In this document: positions 1-8,830 of the stretch, piece by piece
How positions within the stretch are numbered: position 1 is the first letter of the stretch
Layout of the letters: each line of letters starts with the position of its first letter
Origin: Bacillus sp. T3
GTDB lineage: Bacteria > Bacillota > Bacilli > Bacillales > Cytobacillaceae
Assembly (NCBI RefSeq): GCF_033449965.1
Contig: NZ_CP137761.1
Location: 2,018,550 to 2,042,549 of the forward strand
Direction: 5' to 3'
Length of the DNA: 24,000 nucleotides
Translations under genes and position numbers: made by a program
The notes under the pieces: generated by a model
The model's input: the letters and a program-made list of their open reading frames with translations, nothing else
The model's database searches: none
What the model was told of the DNA's origin: nothing

Positions 1-2
1 AG

Positions 3-593
3 CTCGCGGGCAAAGGAATTACTGTTAAACCAGAAATAATGATTCCGCTTGTTGGCCATGTAAACGAATTAAAGGAAATGCGCCAGCTTGTCATTGATGC
101 CGCGGTTGCAGTCCAGGAGGAAACGGCTGTTGAGCTAGACTATATCATTGGAACAATGATTGAAATCCCTCGCGCAGCATTAACTGCAGACCAAATTGCA
201 GAGGAAGCTGATTTCTTCTCATTTGGAACAAATGACTTAACGCAAACAACATTCGGTTTTAGCCGAGATGATGCCGAAGGGAAATTCCTACAAGCCTATG
301 TAGAGAATAAAGTGCTTCCTGAGAATCCGTTTGAAGTTCTTGACCAAGAAGGCGTTGGTAAGCTCGTTGAAACAGGTGTTAAGCTAGGACGTCAAACTAA
401 ACCAAACTTAAAAACAGGTATATGCGGTGAGCATGGTGGAGAAAAATCATCAATCGATTTCTGCTACAGAGCAGGATTGGATTATGTAAGCTGCTCCCCA
501 TATCGTGTGCCACTTGCCCGTTTAGCTGCTGCTCAAGCAACGATTCGCAACGAAGAAATAGTCGATGAGAAACTTTTAGTTTCACAAAATTAA
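3..593 (+). CDS. ppdK: pyruvate, phosphate dikinase, C-terminal portion (5' end lies outside the window)
   Basis: The reading frame is open from the window edge (frame 3; ...[10 protein letters not shown]...). The translation carries PEP-utilising-enzyme C-terminal motifs: [46 protein letters not shown]. Stop codon at 591-593. Confidence 0.9.
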   Translation, partial: LAGKGITVKPEIMIPLVGHVNELKEMRQLVIDAAVAVQEETAVELDYIIGTMIEIPRAALTADQIAEEADFFSFGTNDLTQTTFGFSRDDAEGKFLQAYVENKVLPENPFEVLDQEGVGKLVETGVKLGRQTKPNLKTGICGEHGGEKSSIDFCYRAGLDYVSCSPYRVPLARLAAAQATIRNEEIVDEKLLVSQN

Positions 594-727
594 ATAATAA
601 TTAGTAATGAGCTGTCCTTCCAATCAGGGAGGGCAGTTTCTGTTTTTACAAGTTTCATTTAGAGACAAATCCCCATAAAAAAGGTAGAATGTGATATTAG
701 ATTAGACAGCAAGGGGAAGATAGAATT

Positions 728-1483
728 ATGAAACTCATTTCCTGGAACGTTAACGGGATTAGAGCCTGTGTTGGCAAAGGCTTTTTAGATTATTTTCATT
801 CTGCTGATGCAGATATATTTTGCATTCAGGAAACGAAATGTCAGCCTGAGCAAATTAAATTAGAAATAGATGGATATTTTCAGTATTGGAATTCTGCCGA
901 GAAAAAGGGGTATTCTGGAACTGCAGTTTTCTCAAAAAAAGAACCGTTATCCGTAAAGTATGGAATAGATCAGCCCCAATTTGATTCTGAGGGTAGAGCG
1001 ATTACACTTGAATTTGAGCACTTTTATTTTGTCACGATTTATACCCCAAATTCTCAGCGGGATTTGGCACGCTTAGATTATCGTCTAACGTGGGAGGACT
1101 GTCTGCGAGACTATCTTTTAGAACTGGATTCTAAGAAACCAGTCATCCTGTGCGGTGATATGAACGTCGCCCATCAGGAAATCGATCTAAAAAATCCAAA
1201 ATCGAACATAAAAAATTCTGGCTTTACACCAGAGGAACGCTCAAAAATGACGGAGCTGTTAGGCTCTGGGTTTATCGATTCGTATCGTCAGCTTTACCCA
1301 GATCAGGCAGATGTGTACACCTGGTGGTCTTATATGAACAAGGTCCGTGAGCGGAACATTGGCTGGCGTATTGACTATTTCTTAGTGTCTGAGCGCTTGA
1401 AGGATGTTGTTTTGGATTCACAAATTCATTGTGATGTAATGGGAAGCGATCATTGCCCAGTTGCATTAAAGTTAGATTTGTAA
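728..1483 (+). CDS. exoA: exodeoxyribonuclease III / AP endonuclease (ExoIII-EEP family)
   Basis: 251 aa. N-terminus MKLISWNVNGIRA, plus CIQETK, CGDMNVAH and C-terminal SDHCPV motifs typical of Xth/ExoA. RBS aagggga lies 10 nt upstream of the ATG. Confidence 0.9.
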   Translation: MKLISWNVNGIRACVGKGFLDYFHSADADIFCIQETKCQPEQIKLEIDGYFQYWNSAEKKGYSGTAVFSKKEPLSVKYGIDQPQFDSEGRAITLEFEHFYFVTIYTPNSQRDLARLDYRLTWEDCLRDYLLELDSKKPVILCGDMNVAHQEIDLKNPKSNIKNSGFTPEERSKMTELLGSGFIDSYRQLYPDQADVYTWWSYMNKVRERNIGWRIDYFLVSERLKDVVLDSQIHCDVMGSDHCPVALKLDL

Positions 1484-1495
1484 TCAATAATGAAT

Positions 1496-1538
1496 AAAGG
1501 CGATTCGTACATAAGTTAATGCGAATCGCCTTTATTTC
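1496..1538. terminator. bidirectional rho-independent terminator between the convergent exoA and the small minus-strand ORF
   Basis: 12-bp perfect stem aaaggcgattcg (1496-1507) / cgaatcgccttt (1522-1533), flanked by A-run and T-run. Confidence 0.75.
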
Positions 1539-1568
1539 GTGTTCCGTCATGTGTAAGGGTGTAGCCCT

Positions 1569-1814
1569 TCAAAATAAATCCTCATACAGCTCCGAAAATG
1601 CTTGTTCTGCGGCACTTTCAGATGAGTAAAGAGCATCATCCTCTTCGATCAGATGAAAGGATTCATTCAAAAACAAAGCTAGTCTGCCAGGATCGTGTGG
1701 ATGCTGAACAATTTCCGCAGGTCTAATGTTCACGACAGATGGTGTATGAGGATTATGATAAAGTACAAACACCTCATCACCGGCCTTCGCATTTTTGGGA
1801 TCAATCATATCCAT
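1569..1814 (-). CDS. small hypothetical protein, tentatively SplA-like
   Basis: The ORF track gives 1569..1838. The internal ATGs at 1814 and 1808 sit behind ggaagga/aaagga RBS-like sequence, so they are the more likely starts. From memory, the pattern GDEVFVLYHNPHTP...AEIVQHPHDPGRLALF...EEDDALYSS resembles the SplA regulator family. No splB gene is adjacent. Confidence 0.55.
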   Translation of the reverse strand: MDMIDPKNAKAGDEVFVLYHNPHTPSVVNIRPAEIVQHPHDPGRLALFLNESFHLIEEDDALYSSESAAEQAFSELYEDLF

Positions 1815-1964
1815 TTTCCTTCCATCCTTTCTGTTCATTTTTTACTAGTGTGTGTTTATCGACTGTAATCATACAATTCTAATTCATAATGCCCTTCCTG
1901 CATGATTTTTATAAAAAAAGGAAAAGATGTTATTTTAAAACGATCAGGAATGGAATGACGTCAA

Positions 1965-3443
1965 ATGATTCAACCTTTACGCAAAAAAATACTAATCCTC
2001 AGTATTCTTATCCCACTATTCGCTGGTTCGGCATCAGCCACCCTTCACCATGTATCTGGGCAAACGATTACAGAAATGGGCAGTCAATTAGACGCATTGC
2101 TTCAGCAAGAGCCCAATCTACAAGGTGCGATCGTTGGTATTAGTATCCGTTCAATGACATCAGGGGAGGTTCTCTATCAACAAAATGGCGATGTCCGCCT
2201 AAAACCCGCATCAAATCTGAAACTATTGACGGGTGCAGCCGCACTTTCAGTTCTTGGCGAAAACTATCGGTTTAAAACCGAACTCCTCAAAAGTGGCAAA
2301 GTAAAAAAAGGAAAGCTTAACGGCAATCTTTATTTAAAAGGAAAAGGTGATCCGACGCTATTAAAGGAAGATATCGATGAAATGGCTAAAAAAGTTCGGG
2401 AAGCAGGGATAAAAGAAATTAGTGGTCACCTCATTGGGGATGATACCTGGTATGATGATGTTCGTTATTCCCTTGATTTACCCTGGAGTGATGAGCAGAC
2501 TTATTACGGTACCCAAATTTCTGCATTAACTGTGTCTCCAGATTGTGACTATGATGCAGGAACAATCATTGTCGAGATGCAATCAGGAAACGCAATTGGC
2601 CAACCTGGAAAAATAAGTCTTACTCCACCCACGAATTATGTTAAGATCAACAATCAAACAGTCACGATATCACCTGATGGAAAAAAAGAATTATCGTATG
2701 AACGTGAACACGGTGAGAATACTGTCACCGTTAAGGGCACCATTCCAATGAAAGCTGCACAGGAAAGGGAATGGGTGGGCGTTTGGGAACCAACCAATTA
2801 TGCGATTGAGCTTTTAAATCAAGCGCTCGCCGATAATGGTGTCAAAGTATTGGGAGAACTGAAAACGGGTTCAACACCGAAAAGTGCCCAACTTTTATCA
2901 ATCCACCGTTCGATTTCATTATCAGAATTGATGGGTCCATTTATGAAACTTAGTAATAATGGTATTGCTGAAATTTTAATAAAGGAAATGGGGAAAGTGG
3001 TGAAAGGGGAGGGGAGCTGGGAGAAAGGTCTCGAGGTTTTAGCCGAAAGGTTGGAGAAATTCGGCTTGAACCCAAACACATTAGTGTTAAGAGACGGATC
3101 TGGAATTTCCCATGCTGACCTTGTACCGGCAAATGAAATCTCAAAGCTGTTATATGCTGCACAAAAAGAAAAATGGTTTCCTGTCTTTCTTAATTCGTTG
3201 CCAGTCGCAGGGAACACAACAAAAGAAATTGGCGGCACGTTAAGGAAACGAATGAAGTCCCCCCAGCTAGCAGGAAAAATTAAAGCGAAAACCGGGACGA
3301 TTTCCACAGTTAGTTCACTATCCGGTTATGTTGAAACGCAGTCAGGGGAGACGTTGATTTTTTCGCTTCTTTTAAACAACTTAATTGATGAAGAGAAGGG
3401 AAAAGCCATTGAGGACAAGATTGTTACACTTCTTGCAAAATGA
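1965..3443 (+). CDS. dacC: D-alanyl-D-alanine carboxypeptidase/endopeptidase, PBP4 (peptidase S13) family
   Basis: 492 aa. Signal peptide MIQPLRKKILILSILIPLFAGSASA. Penicillin-binding motifs SxxK (ASNLK), SxN (LSNNG) and KTG (KTGT). Size matches Bacillus PBP4a. Confidence 0.9.
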   Translation: MIQPLRKKILILSILIPLFAGSASATLHHVSGQTITEMGSQLDALLQQEPNLQGAIVGISIRSMTSGEVLYQQNGDVRLKPASNLKLLTGAAALSVLGENYRFKTELLKSGKVKKGKLNGNLYLKGKGDPTLLKEDIDEMAKKVREAGIKEISGHLIGDDTWYDDVRYSLDLPWSDEQTYYGTQISALTVSPDCDYDAGTIIVEMQSGNAIGQPGKISLTPPTNYVKINNQTVTISPDGKKELSYEREHGENTVTVKGTIPMKAAQEREWVGVWEPTNYAIELLNQALADNGVKVLGELKTGSTPKSAQLLSIHRSISLSELMGPFMKLSNNGIAEILIKEMGKVVKGEGSWEKGLEVLAERLEKFGLNPNTLVLRDGSGISHADLVPANEISKLLYAAQKEKWFPVFLNSLPVAGNTTKEIGGTLRKRMKSPQLAGKIKAKTGTISTVSSLSGYVETQSGETLIFSLLLNNLIDEEKGKAIEDKIVTLLAK

Positions 3444-3467
3444 AACGATGATTAGCTTTAAATTTAT

Positions 3468-4035
3468 CTATTGACCAAAACGTAGCTTGAGAACCGCAAA
3501 AGTGGACGATAGAGAGCTTCTATTGACCAAAACGGAGCTAGAGAATCGCGAAAGTGGACGATAGAGAGCTTCTATTGACCAAAAAGGAGCTTGAGAATCG
3601 TAAAAATGGACGATAGAGAGCTTCTATTGACCAAAACGGAGCTTGAGAACCGCAAAAGTGGACGATAGAGGGCTTCTATTGACCAAAACGGAGCTAGAGA
3701 ATAGCGAAAGTGGACGATAGAGAGCTTCTATTGACCAAAACGGAGCTAGAGAATCGCGAAAGTGGACGATAGAGAGCTTCTATTGACCAAAAAGGAGCTT
3801 GAGAATCGTAAAAATGGACGATAGAGAGCTTCTATCGACCAAAACGGAGCTTGAGAATCGTAAAAATGGTCGATAAAGAGCTTCTGCTATTGACCAAAAC
3901 GTAGCTAGAGAATCGCGAAAGTGGACGATAGAGAGCTCCTATTGACCAAAACGGAGCTTGAGAATCGTAAAAATGGACGATAGAGAGCTTCTATCATTGA
4001 CCAAAACGTAGCTTGAGAACCGCAAAGTGGTCAAA
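3468..4035. repeat. tandem array of 11 units of a 52-bp repeat
   Basis: Units start at 3468, 3520, 3572, 3624, 3676, 3728, 3780, 3832, 3887, 3939 and 3991. Consensus is ctattgaccaaaacggagcttgagaatcgyaaaartggacgatagagagctt. Two units carry 3-bp insertions. No ORF of 60 aa or more occurs in any frame. Confidence 0.95.
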
Positions 4036-4109
4036 TGACCTAATTTTCCTTGGATATTTCTCCTTGTTTTGAAAAAAGATAAGGATAATGATCTGTAAGG
4101 AGTGGCATT

Positions 4110-5484
4110 ATGAGGAAAATAAAGAGGTCCGTAAGGGTATTAAGTGCAATAGCGATCATTCTAATTAGCGTTATTTCCTACAATGGGATAAAGCAAAGTC
4201 AGCGCAATTCCATTCAACAGGTGAATAATGACCAAAGTAGTCGATTTTTATATAAGACAACCAAGCTCCAAAATGTAGGGACTCAATCACATCTAATGAA
4301 GGTCAACAGCATTGCAATGGGAGAGACAATCAAAGGGCATTTGCGAAACGATCCGTCGGTCCATTTAATCAAACACACAAAAACAAATGAAAGCCATTTT
4401 AATAAAAATGAAGTGACGGTAAAATTTAAACAACATCCTACGCAAGCACAATTGAATCAAATAACACAGGAAATTCAAGGCAGGGTTTTGAAGAACTTAG
4501 ATTCCACGATTGTGTTTCTCTCAGGAAATATGAATACCGATGAACTGATTCAATATTTTAAGAACAAAGATAACGTTGAATTTGCCGAACCTAACTACCT
4601 TTATTTACAAAATGAAACAGGTCCCAACGATTTGCTTTATCAAGAGCAGTATCAATGGAACTTGCCAGCTATACGGACAGAGGTTGGCTGGGATGTAACG
4701 CGGGGAAAGAGGATATTACGATTGCAGTCGTGGATACTGGAGTCGATTTAAATCATCCTGATCTTAAAAATCGCTTAATCGAAGGGTATAACGTGCTTGA
4801 AAACAACCATTATCCAGATGATGATAATGGACACGGCACCCATGTTGCTGGAATTATCGCCTCTGAGACAAATAACGAGCAAGGTGTTGCAGGCATCACG
4901 TGGTTTAATAAAATCATGCCCATCAAAGCGATGGAGGCAAAGGGCTATGGAACAACGTTTGACATAGCTAAAGGCATAATTTGGGCAACTGACCATGGTG
5001 CTGATGTTATTAACTTAAGCTTAGGGAATTATCAGCCATCAGCACTAATGAAACAGGCGGTTGATTATGCTTATAAAAAAAATGTTGTTATGATTGTTGC
5101 GGCTGGAAATGATAATTCAAAACAACCAAGCTACCGGCTTCCTATCCAGAGGTACTGGCTGTTTCTGCAGTTGATTCTTCAGGCAAGAGAGCTACTTTTT
5201 CAAACTATGGAAATTATATTGATGTGACTGCACCAGGTGTGCAAATACCAAGTACGTACTTTAATCAGCAATATGCTGCACTGTCGGGGACTTCAATGGC
5301 GGCACCACACGTTGCAGGACTTGCGGGATTGGTTCGTTCAGCTAATCCGAAGCTTTCAAATAAACAAGTAATGAGCATTATTAAAAGTACGGCTTATGAT
5401 TTAGGTATTAAAGGAAATGATATTGAATATGGCAAAGGGCTTATCGATGTTCGAAAAGCCCTAGAAAAAGCAGAAGCAAAATAA
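4110..5484 (+). pseudogene. subtilisin/thermitase-like S8 serine peptidase, interrupted by two 1-nt frame disruptions
   Basis: Three consecutive ORFs (4110-4751, 4655-5227, 5224-5484) read through as one protein. It has an N-terminal signal/anchor, a propeptide-like region, and the catalytic triad: Asp (AVVDTGVD), His (HGTHVAGI), Ser (GTSMAAPHVAG). Frame changes lie at about 4702-4708 (cggggaaag) and about 5134-5137 (taccgg). RBS aaggag at 4097-4102. Confidence 0.85.
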
Positions 5485-5501
5485 ATTGTAATGGTACGGT
5501 C

Positions 5502-5534
5502 ACGAGCTCTTTCAGTAGGGCTCGTTTTTATTTT
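5502..5534 (+). terminator. rho-independent terminator after the S8 peptidase gene
   Basis: Stem acgagctc (5502-5509) / gggctcgt (5518-5525, one G:T pair), followed by ttttatttt. Confidence 0.6.
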
Positions 5535-5608
5535 ATGGAAAAAAACGGGTTTACACGTACATCGTACAAAGATTGGGAATATGAATGCATATAAGGAGGA
5601 TGGTTCAA

Positions 5609-6463
5609 ATGCCTACTTTTGATCAAGTTACAGTTACAGGTGATCTCACGGTTGATGGAAAGACACAATTAGGAAATTTATCGACGAACATTGTAACAAT
5701 TACCGGAAATGAAACAGTTCAAGGAAATTTAGCCGTCAATGGAAATGCACAATTGGGGAGTTCAGCTATAAATTCAGTTAGAGTTACCGGGAATTTATCT
5801 GTAAGTGGTAATACCCAATTAGGTACATCAATTATTGATACTGTACAAATAGCTGGAAATTTGACAGTGAACGGAAACACTCAATTAGGAAGGTTGCTAA
5901 CGGATACAGTGAACGTTGCTGGAAATGAATCCGTTCAGGGGAACTTAACGGTAAATGGGAATACACAGCTGGGTAATTCCCCATCAGATACGTTAATCGT
6001 ATCGGGAAATGAATCCGTTCAGGGTGATTTAGTCGTCAGCGGAAATACGATTCTAGGTAATAAATCAAGCAATACAGTGAAAATAAACGGTGGCTTGTCT
6101 GTGTCAGGTGGGACACAACTAGAAGGACTAGAGGTTCATGGGAACACCCAATTTGGAACTGGCCCTTCCGATACAGTTAATATTAACGGGCAAGGCTTTG
6201 TTTCAGGAAATTTAGTTATTGATGGTTCGTTAATCGTGAACGAAAACACCCAGCTGGGTAACACTGGTTCCGAAAAAATTAATCTCATTGGCGAACTTGA
6301 AAATCGATTGGATGGAAATATTAAAATCCAGCCGAAAAACAATCTTGCATTCCTCGGTGCTGGAAATGGAATTATTTTGACTGCACCAAACAAAACATGT
6401 TGGCTATTGACCGTTGATAACAATGGAAAGTTAACAACAACCTGTGTGGATTGTCCATCTTAA
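5609..6463 (+). CDS. repeat-rich hypothetical protein, predicted beta-solenoid, with a Cys-containing C-terminal domain
   Basis: Track ORF is 5585..6463. The ATG at 5609 lies 9 nt after RBS aaggagg (5593-5599). About eight 22-28-residue repeats share the pattern V.(V/I).GN..V.GNL.VNGNTQLGN...DT. The C-terminus is GIILTAPNKTCWLLTVDNNGKLTTTCVDCPS. No signal peptide. Confidence 0.75.
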   Translation: MPTFDQVTVTGDLTVDGKTQLGNLSTNIVTITGNETVQGNLAVNGNAQLGSSAINSVRVTGNLSVSGNTQLGTSIIDTVQIAGNLTVNGNTQLGRLLTDTVNVAGNESVQGNLTVNGNTQLGNSPSDTLIVSGNESVQGDLVVSGNTILGNKSSNTVKINGGLSVSGGTQLEGLEVHGNTQFGTGPSDTVNINGQGFVSGNLVIDGSLIVNENTQLGNTGSEKINLIGELENRLDGNIKIQPKNNLAFLGAGNGIILTAPNKTCWLLTVDNNGKLTTTCVDCPS

Positions 6464-6493
6464 ATGAACAAATATCTTAAAAAGAATAGAAAT

Positions 6494-6537
6494 AGCGCAC
6501 TATTAGACTACTGATAATAGTGCGCTCTCTTTGTGTT
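6494..6537 (+). terminator. rho-independent terminator after the repeat protein gene
   Basis: 12-bp perfect stem agcgcactatta (6494-6505) / taatagtgcgct (6515-6526), followed by a T-rich tract ctctttgtgttt. Confidence 0.7.
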
Positions 6538-6569
6538 TACATGTTGTAAATGTATCTTTGCACATGTTT

Positions 6570-6788
6570 TTAACGTCTTTTCTTTTTGGATTGATCGACG
6601 ATAACATTGCTTTTTTTTACTGTTTCAAAAGTTACTTTGATATGAATCACTTTTTCACTAATACTCAAAACACTTGAGACCTTCCCTTTCCGACCTTTAA
6701 TTTTTATATCGTCACCTACTGATGGGAATCGATTAAGAAGCTGGCATAATACAAGGTTTTTGTTATCAAAAAAATGAACAGCATACAT
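6570..6788 (-). CDS. small basic hypothetical protein (72 aa)
   Basis: Isolated ORF with an upstream ggtgagag RBS-like sequence. Lys/Arg-rich C-terminus (SKKKRR). I do not recognise a family. Confidence 0.5.
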   Translation of the reverse strand: MYAVHFFDNKNLVLCQLLNRFPSVGDDIKIKGRKGKVSSVLSISEKVIHIKVTFETVKKSNVIVDQSKKKRR

Positions 6789-7020
6789 GTTCTCTCACCT
6801 ATTTCGTTTAGTATGTTGTACAAAAAAATGCAAAGTAAAAATCCTTCATAATAAATATATGAACCTCAAAAGAAATAGACCCCACCAATCTAAATAAATT
6901 TATTTATTGGACGATTCACGATATTAATTATTTATATTTCCAATCCAAAAAAAGGGAAATGCTTGTCTCATCAAGAAATGGTTACAAGGATATAAAAATT
7001 CTAGAATTGAGGCTGAGCAT

Positions 7021-8100
7021 ATGATTGAAAACGAATTAACCAAACTTTTAAATATTCAATTTCCAATTATTCAGGCCCCGATGGCTGGTGGAATTACTAC
7101 ATCTCAGTTGGTCGCGGCAGTATCAAATGGCGGAGGATTAGGGTTTATCGGGGCAGGATATATGAGTTCGGAACAATTACGGGACCAAATTCGTGAGGTG
7201 AAAAGATTAACCTCTCATCCATTTGGGGTAAATTTATTTGTTCCGAATGATTTTAAAGTATCAGAAAATGATGTCAATCATTCTAATAAGCTACTACAAC
7301 CGATTCGGAATCAACTAGGTTTAGCTGAAACGAAAAACTATAACTTGCCAAATCAAGAGAGCAGTCTTGCCGAATTCGCTGAACAAATTAAGGTGTTGCT
7401 GGAGGAAAATATCCCAGTTTGCTCGTTTACCTTTGGGCTTCCTTCTCCAGAAATGATTGAAATACTTAAAGCAAAAAATGTTCGTCTAATCGGTACAGCA
7501 ACAACGGTTCAAGAAGCTATTGCAATTGAGAAAATTGGGATGGATTTCGTGGTTGTTCAAGGCAGTGAGGCTGGTGGACATCGTGGGAATTTCATTAAAG
7601 GGGAGGAGGAAAGCTTAGTTGGTTTGATGTCGCTTATTCCACAAGTTGTCGATAATGTTGGCCTTCCTGTTATTGCAGCAGGCGGAATAGCCGATGGAAG
7701 AGGACTACTTGCGGCATTCTGCTTAGGAGCACAGGCTGTTCAAATTGGAACGGCATTTTTAACTTGTATCGAAAGCGGGGCACATCCCGTATATAAAAAG
7801 GCGATTGTTAAAGCGCATGAAGATGAAATGGTGTTAACCCGCGCTTTTTCTGGCAAATGTGCACGTGGGATAAATAACAAGTTTATCGAGGAAATGAGAG
7901 AGCATGAACCGTTTTTGCCAGAATTTCCAGTGCAAAATTCATTGACCCAAGACATTCGAAAAAAGGCTTCAGCTGAAAATAATACTCAGTACATGTCGCT
8001 TTGGTCTGGACAAAGTCCGAGATTAGCCAAAATGCAAACTGTTCAATCGCTTATTCAACAAATAATGGGAGATGTTGAAATAACACGGAGGAAATTTTGA
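7021..8100 (+). CDS. FMN-dependent nitronate monooxygenase / NAD(P)H-flavin oxidoreductase (NMO, 2-nitropropane dioxygenase/FabK-like family)
   Basis: 359 aa. N-terminus FPIIQAPMAGG, plus VVVQGSEAGGHRG and IAAGGIADGRG motifs characteristic of the NMO TIM-barrel family. Confidence 0.85.
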   Translation: MIENELTKLLNIQFPIIQAPMAGGITTSQLVAAVSNGGGLGFIGAGYMSSEQLRDQIREVKRLTSHPFGVNLFVPNDFKVSENDVNHSNKLLQPIRNQLGLAETKNYNLPNQESSLAEFAEQIKVLLEENIPVCSFTFGLPSPEMIEILKAKNVRLIGTATTVQEAIAIEKIGMDFVVVQGSEAGGHRGNFIKGEEESLVGLMSLIPQVVDNVGLPVIAAGGIADGRGLLAAFCLGAQAVQIGTAFLTCIESGAHPVYKKAIVKAHEDEMVLTRAFSGKCARGINNKFIEEMREHEPFLPEFPVQNSLTQDIRKKASAENNTQYMSLWSGQSPRLAKMQTVQSLIQQIMGDVEITRRKF

Positions 8101-8233
8101 TTTTACCTTAGTTTTATTTTGTAGAAATAAATGCATAATGGTGTTTTTATAAATGATTGGCGGGATAAGACATGTTTATAACAATCGTGATCCTTGTTTC
8201 AGTATTTATCTTAATCACTTTTTTCGTACAGTA

Positions 8234-8449
8234 ATGAATCGTAACTGGAGACTGATTTATTCGACGTTTGGCAACGATCAGTATTTTACTGTCATCGCAA
8301 AATTACAATCTGCTGGAATTAAGTATAAAGTCGTAATTCCCTTTAGCGGCATGGATACTCGTAATATTCGAGTTGTTGATAATACTCAATATGATATATA
8401 TGTAAAAAAGGAAGACGAACATAAAGCAATCACAAAAATCACCTGCTGA
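8234..8449 (+). CDS. small hypothetical protein; possibly the C-terminal part of a 92-aa membrane-anchored protein starting at 8172
   Basis: Track ORF is 8153..8449, and its first internal ATG is at 8234. A 20-codon hydrophobic ORF (MFITIVILVSVFILITFFVQ, 8172-8234) ends with its stop overlapping that ATG. It would fuse in frame if the T6 run at 8219-8224 were T7. Confidence 0.4.
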   Translation: MNRNWRLIYSTFGNDQYFTVIAKLQSAGIKYKVVIPFSGMDTRNIRVVDNTQYDIYVKKEDEHKAITKITC

Positions 8450-8654
8450 GTTAGATGCTAAACAAAAGATAGATAGGTTAAAGTTATTTTTGCGATATCG
8501 GCTGTGTTAAACTTGTCCGTGAAATTGGAATAAATTTTGATGTTTTACCCAAGTCTTCTATAAAAATAGTAGTTTTTGAGTAAAAAAAGTAAGTTTTAAC
8601 GAAGAAATCAATTATTTTTAGAAATAGAGGTTGTTTTTTATAAAAAGTGTAATG

Positions 8655-8830
8655 TTATATGCACGACCATTAGTTTATATGCACGTTTAAATGTGGATAT
8701 GATCTAAGTTCAAAAATTTATGATACAACTTTTCAAATATATGCTCGACTTTTAAAATTTATGATACAACTTTAGAAATTTATGCACATTTAGTTACGGA
8801 TATGCTCAGCTAAATGCATATATGCACGTT
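8655..8830. repeat. degenerate 20-21-bp phased repeat array, 9 units with a TATG(C/A)WC core
   Basis: Cores start at 8658, 8678, 8698, 8719, 8740, 8760, 8781, 8801 and 8821. A perfect 20-nt direct repeat aaaatttatgatacaacttt occurs at 8713-8732 and 8754-8773. Confidence 0.8.

Noticed and set aside
2819-3307. Long antisense or overlapping ORFs inside well-supported genes. These are 397-585, 1272-1550, 1889-2143, 2819-3307, 2950-3162, 4775-4996, 6136-6423, 7740-7955, 10789-10986, 10928-11128, 11657-11875, 13504-13689, 15755-15967, 16122-16307, 16837-17127, 17525-17707, 18058-18258, 18457-18801, 19696-19884, 21207-21410 and 22532-22858.
   Set aside because: They are shadow ORFs opposite or overlapping genes with clear family motifs. 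They have no RBS and low-complexity or odd composition.
3468-4035. Possible CRISPR array (regular repeats with a palindromic core).
   Set aside because: The period is only 52 bp with no unique spacers. The inter-hairpin segments occur in just three recurring variants, no leader or cas genes are nearby, and the units are contiguous tandem copies.
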